In this document: in pieces, positions 53,120-64,000 of the stretch
Position numbering within the stretch: position 1 is the stretch's first letter
Layout of the letters: every line of letters begins with the position of its first letter
NCBI GenBank assembly: GCA_964304625.1
Contig: OZ199840.1
Coordinates: 8,197,587 to 8,261,586, forward strand
Length of the DNA stretch: 64,000 nt
Reading direction: 5' to 3'
Source: Kudoa neothunni
Lineage: Eukaryota > Animalia > Cnidaria
Notes under the pieces: model-generated
What the model was told of the DNA's origin: nothing
What the model saw: only the letters and a program-made list of their open reading frames with translations
The model's database searches: none
Translations under genes and position numbers: made by a program

Positions 53120-55490
53120 ATGTTCACAAATATCAAAGAATCAACGAGAGACGACTCGACCGGAGAGCTGTTGAAAAAACCTGCATTTTTAAATAAAACT
53201 GCTCGAAAATGGGTTCATGCTCCGATATATCAACAATGTCCTGAAAAGGCCCCGAATTTAAATCACTGGATCCCATTAAATCGATTGAATGAGAATCATT
53301 ACCCCTTTTCAAAGCTTGATAAAGTAATCCATAATTTTCACCGTTGTTGTGTAATGTGGATGATTTCAGCATGTTGAAATAGTGGAGTTTGATAGAAAAC
53401 AGTACGATGTAAATTATATTAATTTTTCAATTTGAAATCATTTAAATATTGTAAAATAATCTCATAATAGGAGTTTAACTTGGGCGTTCATGACTGGACT
53501 TATTACGAAACTGAATTACTAATGAAAATGTGCAAGTATACCACATAATTAATTATAATTATTTAATTAATTAATTAACTAATACTGTATTATTATGTAT
53601 ATTTTTGTTAGGAAATATGAGCTTAAATTTTTTTGTCGTTCAAGATCGATACAATGAAGCAATTGCTCAAAATGGGGAATACAAAGTTTATTGGCTCATT
53701 TTTACTATTGTATTTATCCAGTCAACTAAAAAATAGCTGAGAAATGTCGAAGAATTAAAACACAGGTTTTATTATGTGGATAGAATTGTTAGAAAGGTAG
53801 TATTCTATTGCGCCAATTAGCCTTGATAATGGTGTGACTAATCCGGATTAGGAAATCAAAATGGAACCAGAAGACCAGCTTCCTCCAGCATACGATATTC
53901 ATCACGAAACACAACGAAAACTTCTACTCCAACAATACTACTATAGAACTGTGGAAGAAGTAAGTGTGATTGATGTGTATTACGTTTGTTTTTTTAATCT
54001 CTTAATTGGCCAATCATAAAATACTATTGTTTTATTGTAAATATTCAATTACTTAATTATTATAATAATATAAAATATTTAATTATAATATAAAATATTA
54101 TTTTATTTAATAAATTTTTTAGATTGCCGAAGAAGCTTTTCTAACGAATGAACTTAAAAAAATCCAATCCAAACAAAAAGAAATGGATAAAGTTAGATTC
54201 GATACAAACGATTTGCTACTCTTGGCGGATGAATATATTCGAAATAAATCTCTAGGTATGTTGGAATAAAAAAATATCCTGATTCACGTTGATTTAACAA
54301 AATGTTAATAATGTTAAATTAGAAAAAGACAAACCCATTTCGAAATCAACCAAAGCTAGTACTTCAGCTTCTGCACAGAAATCGTCTGGATCAACAACAG
54401 CTGGTCGTGAAGGATACAATGATGATAAACATTATGGTGATAATTTCAACCCACGCTCAAGCGCATCCGGTACTAGCAGAAAAAGAATATCTGCTGGTTC
54501 GTCGTCGATAAGAAAGTTGTTTGGTTGAAATGTTGTTTTTGTTGGATAAACAATTTTGGTAGGAAAAAACAAAAATCAACACCAACGTCGACCAATCAAC
54601 CCCCTCCCCAAGTCTAACGTCACTGTGCCAAGTCAACCCGCTCCAACCAACACCACCAATACTGCTTCCAATGCTAATACTAAATCCGGTGGCATTGGTA
54701 GCAGGACTCGTATTGTTGAACCCTTCAGAAACGCCGGTGTTCATATGCGTAGTCAAAAAGTAGTTTTATTTGGTGTGCGAAATTTTTATTTCTATCAATC
54801 GACTCATCGTAGATGATTGTCACCCATAATATCGGTATGAAACGAGTTAAAATGCTCGAACAAGTGTGTATCGACCTTGGATTGGGTAAATAGATAATTG
54901 ATTGGGCGGTTTTCGAATTCTTTGTTAAAACTGAGTTCACTTCTTATTCAGAGAATTATCCACCTCCCACAGAAGAAATTTATGGAATGCTTGTCGAATT
55001 GAGATCTCTTATTCTGACATTATTCGACCTCAAACATGTTCTTGGAGTTACTCTCTATGACAATCATATGCTTCGGTATATATACTGCTTTTTGCTGTTG
55101 AATCAATGACAAACAACTATTATTTTAGCAACAAACACCATCCAGATGGGAACAAAGAGATCAGTGATCCATCTATAACTGCGGCTGATTTGTCCTCCCC
55201 CGCCGTCCCTGCTGGAGGTATTTATCTTAATAGTTGAAAAGTAATATGCACCATTTTTCAATGTGTCCTCTATTAGAAAACAACGAAATCCCTTTACCAG
55301 AAACTGATGTATGTTTTGTAGTTTATTACGCGTTTGGTTAGTTACGATAATTTAGAAATCATTTTCAAATATTCTCGATTCTATGGTAGCCACAGCAGTA
55401 AACTACCAAGTGAGTTTGGTGTAATGTTGCGATAAATCTGATTTCTGTTGATAGAGAAAACGAAAAAGCTCGTCCAACAAATGGGTGTAG
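53120..55490 (+). CDS. DMAP1: DNA methyltransferase 1-associated protein 1 (Swc4/Eaf2; NuA4/TIP60 and SWR1 subunit), multi-exon
   Basis: Motifs RKWVHAP...HW, YPFSKLDK, SANT domain DWTYYETELLMKMCKKYELKFFVVQDRY...RNVEELKHRFY, YDIHHETQRK...RTVEEIAEEAFLTNELKKI, FRNAGVHMRSQK, IGMKRVKMLEQ and PPPTEEIYGMLVELRSLIL. Last exon RKRKSSSNKWV*. Confidence 0.93.
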
Positions 55491-57399
55491 TTTCTTTATG
55501 TTTATTGATTGATTCATTCGTTTATAATAATCATATTGTATAATTCATTTTCATATTCGTTGTTATTATTAATAATAATTATTATTATTATTATTATTCC
55601 TATAAGTTAAGTTAAGTTAGTTAGTTGCGTTTTTCCTTTTTTCGGAGGGGTTGTGACTCGATACTGCGTAATTTAGTTTTATTTGCATTATGTGCGTTAA
55701 TTCACTAAATAAAACATAAACATCATATTCAGTATAATTGAATGGATAATTATATGAAAAAACAAAAATTTTGAACAAGCAGATATAAAGCAAATTAGGA
55801 AAAACCTTGCGTAACTCATTTTTTTTGATTGTAATCCCTTTAATCTGATGTATGCACTATAAAAAGTCGTTGCAAATTTTCAAATAACTAATGAAGATAT
55901 AATAAAAATAATTGATTTTTATTGTAAAATTATCGAGGTAAAACTTTAAAGTAATTAATAGAAAATTTTAATATTCATATGTGTAGATAATAATGTGTAA
56001 TGATGTTATTTTGCTGGAAGAAAATGAAATTATACATTTAAATTGAGATAATCAAGGTAAATTTACTGTTTGAAGTGAAGATCCTGATCTCATACACAAC
56101 GATGAAATCGTTACAACGTTTCAAGTATAAAATCTTATAAATCCGCGAATAAACGTGTCATTGAGAATCCTATTGAATTTTTGTCTGTACACCAATTTAT
56201 GGATGCCTTACGCGAAATTATCAATAAATGAATAAAAAATTATAAAGTAGATGAGTTATTTTGTAAGAAATGTTAAATTAGATATTATCGTGTGTGTGTA
56301 GATGATTCAATATTACGTGATTACTCTCTGGTCCCAAAATGTTACGCAATATCAAGACATGACTGTATTTCCAACCTATCTACTTTTTTTTAAGTCTAGA
56401 ATCAACATTTATTTTAAAGATATTAGTTGCATTAAAAGTATGAGCGAAATTTTTTAAAGTGTTTTCAATATAAAAGTTAATTTTTTCGAGCATTTTTGGG
56501 GTTCATCGGAACCGCACACGAATACCAAGAATATTTTGCAGATTGTCTATTGTTTAGAATAGTAATTCTACTAAGACATTTAATGAATTTTATAATTATT
56601 TTGTAATAATTTGGAATTTCATTGTATACGTGATTCTATCTCAATTTTATACACTTAGAATTTTAGGTGGTATAATTGAGCCGTGAGTTTTTTCTCATAA
56701 AATAAGTTATAAATTCGTGAAAATAAAAATACAGAATTTTTTAGACTTTTTTTATCGTTGGAATGTTTTAGAAAATTACATTTTGTATGTTTCCGCGAGT
56801 GTACGATTTCATCCGATTGTATCTTCCTTGAGAAATGGATGAGTTTATTATTACAAATTAATTTAACTTTAGACGAATTTCAGATGAATATTTATCTACC
56901 ACTTAATTTTATGAGGATTTTTATTAAAATGATGTCCAAAAAAACCACAAAATATAAAATAGAAATATTGACAAACAGCCGGACGTAACTGCACATAAAA
57001 AATTCTTGACTTTGTAATATTGGTTATTTTTTATTTTATTTTTCAATGATGAATTTTATCAAAACGTCATTATAGTTTATAAATACTAAAAAATATGGGG
57101 CTTTCCATTATGATGAAAAATACCAAGATATTTGAATTTAAAGAGTATATTTTTATTTGAATTTATATGTATATATTAAAATGTGAACTGGAATCGCTCA
57201 AAAAATTATGGAGTGTTGATAAAATTTTGGTAGAATGTATGAGATTTTCCGAAGAAATATGCCATTAATTGTTTCGTGTTTAATTTTCATGTAAATATTA
57301 AATGAACACGAAAAATTTTGTAAATCCATGACGTTCTATTTTTAATATTTTATTCAAGATAGTTTTAAAATGTTAATAATCTTCATCTAATTACAAAAA

Positions 57400-58260
57400 T
57401 TTTAATGAGAGCAATTTTTATTAAAAAAAGAATTTATTTTTATGATTATGAGACCAGAGAAATGCGTAATGATAGAGACAAGTTCTGTTACATTAGGGTT
57501 GCTCTTTAAAAATGGATAAATAATTGACCTATGTGCCTAATGCCCCATTATGAATTCAGTGTTGATGAGCAACTAATTGCATTTTGAGGTAGACGTTCAT
57601 TTAAACAGTATTTGCCCTCGAAACCAACTGATTAAGACATATAATTTTTTAACATATAAACTTATGAGCTCTACGCATAATAACCTGTTTACATTATGCT
57701 AAACCAAAAAGCCTTAAAAGCAAAAAATTATCGAAGAAAATGTTGTTTCAAAGTTATGCTCTTATTCAAGAGAAAGCTGAAAATATTGTCTATAGAGTTA
57801 TTTTACAACAATTTCATCGAAGCAAAAGTTCTTGGTCCTAGTTGAACATTATTAGGAGCACTTCGACATACTAAAATGGACATCCCGCTCATATTAAATC
57901 CCAGAAAATCAGGAATGGGGGTTTCCTCTCTTTGTATTCAACTGCAAAAATGTGTTATCATATGTAATGTAAAAGAATAAAGCTATTATTTTATTGGCTG
58001 CTCCTTAAAAAACACAAATATTACGGATGACAAAACAAACAAACAAACAAACCTGAGGTTGTAGTGAACTATAGTAAATTCAAAGGTGGGGGGGAGACGA
58101 TATATCGTATATTGTACTGACAAGTGTGAAGAGATATACTAAAAGATGACCAACGGTAATTTTTTATAACTTGATCTACATAGGCCTAATAAATTCATAG
58201 TACTTATATGAAGTCTCTCTCAATAACCCAAAAATATCAAAAATCAAATATTTGGAAAAA
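57400..58260 (+). mobile_element. Degenerate piggyBac (PGBD4-like) transposase
   Basis: Translation RDKF...FSVDEQLIAF*GRRSFKQYLPSKP and KPEVVVNYSKFKGGG. Confidence 0.75.
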
Positions 58261-59889
58261 TCGTCATAGATTAATTAAACTCTTTGTTGGCATTAATTTC
58301 TACGCTTAGTTCAACACAAATATTATCTCTGAATTAAAGAAAACACGTAACATTTTAGCGAGGGTATCTGACACAATTACCATGATTGAAACAAAACGAT
58401 ATGCATTTAATTTTTAGTAGACTATAGTAACGTAATTCAATCAAACATTAACTATAATCTAAACGCTTAATCTTATTTTTGTAGTCACATACGAAGTCGT
58501 TTGAATATAATCATGTTAGCCATCGTGATTTAAAAATAATCACATGAAATTGCGCAAGCGCACTTATCAAATCAAATCAAGGCTAGGCCCAGCCAGCTTC
58601 TTTCTTTATACATTCTAAATATTTTCTCACTCAGTTTAAATCGAAATAGATGCTAAATATGTTTACATTTAAAAATTTTATCTGTAAATCAACATTTCTC
58701 CAATTATCCTTCCGGGTTGAGAGTGTTCGTTTCAAGACAACCACCAAAAAAATTGAGAAATCAAACGATTCTATAAGTCATAGTGTGAGTGATAATTCGG
58801 CTCAAAGTGAAATCTGAAATAAACCTAAACTCAACTACTTATTTTATTTAGCACTCAAAGGATGCAATTTTTACTCAAGTGGCGAAGATCCCCCTGCGTT
58901 GGATGATTCCCAATATCCCAGTTGGTTATTCAAACTGATAGACTCCGCCGGAAGATGTGTACCCGATCATCAGGTGCGACTGATTATTTTGAAACGCCCT
59001 AGATACATTGAAGATAGAGATAAATATTTCCATGACAAATAATAATTTTTTATAATATTATATTGTACCGATTTGTTTGTGTATTTTCTTTATTTCAAAA
59101 TAAACTAACGTACTTACAAAATATTCTTTTCATGCGTTAAATAACGAAATTAGTTACACATTGGAAATTCCAATTTAATGGTATTTTATGATACTTGTCA
59201 CTGTTCAGCTGTAAGTGGATTATTTTCACTAATTTTAATATTTCATTTAAAAATATGATTATCTACTAATCTCTTTTATTGACTCAAAATAATTTAACCA
59301 GTTAGAAATAAAGTTTTTGAATGAGTTACAATTGAAAAAGGATACGTTAAAATATTTGATGTACATTCAATATATTCATGTATTATGACAAATGATATCC
59401 GGAAACTGTCATTCTAATAATGATCCTTAATTTTTTTTTTTATTTTGGCTCCATTGATGAATCTAACAAAGTAACTGGATAAAAAATTAATTATTTTTTT
59501 GTAGTTTGAAACATGTATCATTGATTCAATTTTGGTCCTTTTAGACACCTTTAAATTGGAATCGTGAGAATCTACTTTAGTTCAATTCGAGAGAAATATT
59601 CTAAATTCCTTTTTTATGTATTGGTGAATATTTATTACATAAAAATTTGTCCGACATTATTTATAAGGGCGCGAAAATTTTACCATTAATTTAACTGCGT
59701 ACAAATTTAAACACGATAACTTCATTTAGTTAAATATAATTTTGATAAACTTCCCATTACAGAAATATACTATTTTCTAAATTTTTTAACATTTTATTTT
59801 TATTTTTAAAAGTAAATTTAAAGGTCATCTGTTTAAGAATTAGGCGTTAGAGTTATAAGCGGTGTTTTGGAACCTTCGTATATCATATC

Positions 59890-59960
59890 CCATGGTTCTC
59901 CAAACTTTTTTTTCGTCGACCCCCTGTGTAGATAACTTACTTGGTCGACTACCCCTTTCA
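59890..59960 (+). mobile_element. hAT terminal fragment
   Basis: catggttctccaaactttttttcgtcgacccc resembles a hAT left end. A right-end-like gtttggaacacctctg lies at about 62332-62347. Confidence 0.35.
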
Positions 59961-60199
59961 GAGATTTTATTAAAAATATGTGCAACATATCCCATTAATA
60001 TTCTATTTTCAATATATAAAATGAGTAATTATATTAACTTCCAAAGAAGCTTTTATTAATGATGTAAAATAAAAATATATTAGAGAAATTCTTGAAATTT
60101 GTAGATTTACCATAATGAATCAACTTTACATCATATATCTTATTCAATTGACCTATCAAGTTAGGTCGCTTGTATATGATTATAGTTACATACTTTTGC

Positions 60200-60225
<26 letters not shown>
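60200..60225. repeat. (TA)n microsatellite
   Basis: Read directly. Confidence 0.9.
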
Positions 60226-60230
<5 letters not shown>

Positions 60231-62515
60231 CAACGACAGATTTTAAGATTAAATTACACCTACATAGAAAAGTTAATAAGAATAACTTAATCTTTAGCCA
60301 AAGGTTACGTTCGTTAGCTAGAGGGCGCTTGAAGAGTTTTTGAAATTTCTGCAGGGATTCAATCGACATCTTCAGATTATTATATTTGTTTGCGTAGCTT
60401 TTATAATCACGTTTCAAATCAATTTTAATAATTAAACTTATCCTTCTTAGTCGATTATAAACTTAATATAAACTATCGTTATTGTTTTATAAACTGTTAA
60501 TAACAAAGAGTACTGTTGATCATTAATATTTAAGGAAAATAAAGCCAGTGTATTCACCGGTTTTTATGAGCAACATAATAAATATCTCTACATAAATGTG
60601 AAACATTGAATTATATAACTAGGAAAGGTGGCGTTTAATTTTAACCTCAAGATAAAAAACAAATGTCATGGGATCGTATCAATTAATATAATTAAATAAT
60701 GTGGTATATCCTAATGTTTTTATTTCTAAAAGTATTTATCAGAAAATTTTGTAAAACTATGATAAAAATACAAAAATCGTTAAATTTTTTTTTGTGAAAA
60801 AATATATTTATTGTAGCGCCTATATATAGTCAAAAATTGTTATTTAACCAATTGTATGGCAATTCCGACACATAGAGCCAACATCGCTGTACTTTAGATA
60901 AGTGTGTTTATTGCGCTTAATTCTCAATTACTGAACCAGGATAAAGCGATGGTTTACATAAAATTCGCCCCTAGATAAATAAGTTAATTATGCTTGTTTT
61001 ACAAAAATATTGAAGAAGGATAAGGCGGGGATCACTGTCTCCGCTTCTGATGTACATACCAGTATGCTCACGAAGGCTGCCTGACTAGTTAGATCTTCAC
61101 ATTATAGGGTTTCTCAATTGAACTCGGCAGATTTGCATTGGAACGTGACACATTTTTGGATCTGACCAAAATTCATATTTAAACATTAACATCTCTATAA
61201 ATAAATATTTTTTATGATGTTTATTTTTAAAAGACATACCCCAATGGAAAATTTATATACTTACATTTTAGGATTGAATTCATTTCAAGTACCTAGAAAA
61301 GTTTTTACTTATAATCTATGTATGATAGGTCCGCTTTAGGTATTATTGTTCAAATTTTATTCCTAAAGACAATATAGAATAAAATGAGCCGATTTTACAT
61401 TAATATAATGTGTAGCAACAAAAGATATCTTAACAAACTACGGTGATAAATGTGAAGAGAAAACATAAAAGAATATAAAAAATTGATTGGGTTTCCCTGT
61501 TATCCCAGATAATGGGATTATAAACAGAATTCTCTCATCCTATTAATCACATTTGGCGGAAACCAACCAAGCTCATTTGTTTTTGATAAAATTGAGGTTT
61601 CGCAGGGAAATTATTCCAGAATAAAACCTATAAAAATATTAAATTGGATGTTGTTTATTTTATTGTTTTAATAAGGTCAGAAATTCGTTAATAATTTTGT
61701 TAACTACCAACATTTATTTTTAATCTACATGCTACATGGATGATGATATTTAATTTGTAAAATAAAATTGAATGAAAAAGAATGATTTTTGAAGAAAAGT
61801 ATTTCCTTCATATAAAGATAAAGTAGTTTCATCATAAGATATTATGACAAATCAAAAATATACAAAAATTTTACAACTATTCTTGGTTGAAAATTAATGT
61901 TATAGTTAGTAGCTTGAAATGGAATTTAACGTTTAAATAGGAATTTTGGTCAGATCAAAAAATGTGCCGCGTTCATTTGAGACACTCTATGTGATTAACT
62001 TCACTAGGATTTTAGATGGGAAATAGAAGAAAGACAAGTTTTCGTCAACAATTAATTCTAATTAAAAAGCACATAATTCAAGTATAATACAAATTATTAG
62101 CTGAGGCCAAAAATTTACATTCAGTTGGATTTAGAAAATTACTTTTTAAATATATTTTTTAAAAAATATCAATTATTGATATACTTACTTGTAATTTATT
62201 TTAAAAGTATATTATATTTTTCATTATAAAAGCAATAAGTAACATAAAAAATAAAACTGCTATAATTATAGTCATTTTAAAAGATTAAAATTTCAAATCT
62301 TAAATTTTGTAATTAATTCTTAGCAAAAAATGTTTGGAACACCTCTGACCCCAGTAAAATGTAAAATGACTGCAGATTTAAAATAAAAAGTTGAGTTAGA
62401 AAAAAGCGTTTCGAGTGAAAAGACATTTGAAAAGCATCATCTGAAAAGAATATTCTTTAAAATGTATATAAATCATAAACAAACAGTCAAAAAGAGGAAA
62501 ATGACGTTATTGCAA

Positions 62516-62527
62516 TGCGCATGCGTT
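62516..62527 (+). promoter_or_regulatory. NRF1/Ewg-like motif TGCGCATGCGTT
   Basis: About 50 bp upstream of the ING3-like ATG at 62575. Confidence 0.45.
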
Positions 62528-62574
62528 TATCTTTATGACTGGTTTCAGGGGATAGATCAATTTAATAGAAAATT

Positions 62575-64000
62575 ATGACTTCAGAACTACATGAAGATAT
62601 TGTTAGATGTAATAATACAATGCAGGAAAAGAAACGGAAAATAATAATTTATGATTTGTGTGGATTTAGTGTATAATTCAATTATGCCCAAAATCGCTGA
62701 AACGATGAGAGAAATAAGAGCATTAGATATTGAAGTAGAAAGTATAATTAAAATTTTCCACTCGAAATAAAAAATCCCGTATCCTAGCGGTTAAAAAGAT
62801 AATCCAGGAAAAAGATGAAATTTTTTTTTCAACAATCACCAAATTATCAAGATTTGATCGAATTGAGGGGGCATTTGAGATAGAGAAGGTGTGCTATATA
62901 TTCCAAATTATTATTGTCATCACTCGATGCGTTTATAATAAAATCGGTGTAGTTGCATAAAAAAGTGCTTGAGATCTCGAGAAAAAAAGTTGAGACAGTA
63001 CAGCAAACAAGACATTTGGTAAGTTGTCGATATTGTCTATCCTTAACAATATATTGATATATCTGTTGATTAGTTGGGGAAATATGTTATTAAAGTGAAT
63101 GAAAAATTGGCGCTGTTTCGTGAAAAAATGGATGAAGATTATCCTGGGACAGCGCAAAATATTGAGAAAAGTTTATATATAATTAGTTGAGAGGGAGAGA
63201 GAGAGCTGAACTTGATTTGATTTGATAGAGGTTACCAGCCAAATGTTAGCACTTCGTCAAATGTTTTATAATCTTGAAGATGCTGTAGAACTTGGTAGGT
63301 TTTTGTTTGAATTGAGGTAGGTTATAGTTTTGGATGGTAGATAAAAAGAAAAATGAATCCATCAGTCTACTGACAAAAAATTCTTCTAATGCTTTTGATT
63401 GGAACGACGAGTTCACTCCATGCAACGAGATTATTCCCAGCTTCAATAATGCTGCTAACGTAGCTGGAACGGCTTTGGGAACCACGCCTAATTCACACAG
63501 TAATGTGCCATCGTCTCAACCACCGCCGCTTACAGCACTCAAACAAAATCGTGGAAAAAACATAGCCAACAAATCACTCCAAAGCTACCTCCACAACAAA
63601 ATCCAGCACTAAAACCAAAACCGATACCAAACAATCCGAAAGCAGTTCTTCCAATGCTGGCCAATCGTCAGCCCTGACCAATGTTATTAACAGCGGCCAC
63701 ATATCGTCAAATACCTCCGTAAAAATCTACTCCTGTTACGCCCAATAAAAATCCAAGAAAAAGGCACACATTTCCTTGTTGTCATTTCAGGTTGTGTGAT
63801 GCTTTATCTTTAGAAAAAATGTCGATAATGATGAGGAATTGAATAAATCGGTCGATGTTGATATAGCAAAAATGCCTGCTCTGTCTAATCAGAACAAAAC
63901 AGATACCAACTCGAATGTACTTCACTACCGGGTCTAATGGTCGGTTGCTTTTGGAATTGAATGTTATCGGCTAATATCTCATTCAGAGGACACAACACAA
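62575..64000 (+). CDS. ING3: Inhibitor of growth family protein, ING3-like (NuA4/TIP60 subunit); 3' end and PHD finger outside window; apparent frameshifts
   Basis: Seven exons splice in frame: MTSELHEDIVR-LYNSIMPKIAETMREIRALDIEVE-TVKKIIQEKDEIFF...-LHKKVLEISRKKVETVQQTRHL-LGKYVIKVNEKLALFREKMDEDYPGTAQNIEK. Compare ING3 EMREMDLQVQ...DEKVQLANQIYDLVDRHLRKLDQELAKFKMELEADNAGITEILE. An S/T-rich linker follows. Confidence 0.75.

Noticed and set aside
53120-55490. DMAP1 as evidence for DNA methylation
   Set aside because: DMAP1/Swc4 is a core NuA4/SWR1 subunit and is conserved in organisms without DNMT1.
58680-59030. Possible LTR-retrotransposon polyprotein tail (…KRPRYIED)
   Set aside because: Too short and degenerate; no RT, integrase or LTR found.
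59862-60417. ORFs 59862-60059 and 60034-60417
   Set aside because: AT-rich and microsatellite-derived frames in TE debris, with no motifs or splice structure.

Overview
Very AT-rich eukaryotic DNA with short GT-AG introns (mostly about 40-70 nt) and highly divergent proteins. This suggests a fast-evolving animal parasite such as a myxozoan; that is inference, not shown by the sequence. Compact gene islands are separated by stretches of dead transposons. Genes rebuilt by manual splicing: NCKAP1/Nap1 (minus, 3' end outside the window); TRAPPC5 and TMED2, head-to-head with only 57 bp between start codons; cytosolic IleRS; an Aur1/Ipt1-type inositol-phosphorylceramide-synthase-like enzyme; a RhoA/Rho1 GTPase; TMEM198; two spliced orphan genes; DMAP1; and an ING3-like gene (3' end outside the window, with apparent frameshifts). 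Transposon relics include several piggyBacs (three with both TTAA-flanked ends), a Merlin/IS1595-like element, an IS630/Tc1-like element, a Buster-type hAT carrying a nested 59-bp MITE, a non-autonomous Helitron, and pogo, SINE and LINE fragments. Most notable: (1) a fungal-type Aur1 sphingolipid synthase with an intact catalytic triad and a host-type intron; (2) two NuA4/TIP60 subunit genes (DMAP1, ING3) next to each other, each with an NRF1-like motif upstream; (3) the 57-bp gap between two divergent ER-Golgi trafficking genes. All homology calls come from remembered family motifs; no database search was run.
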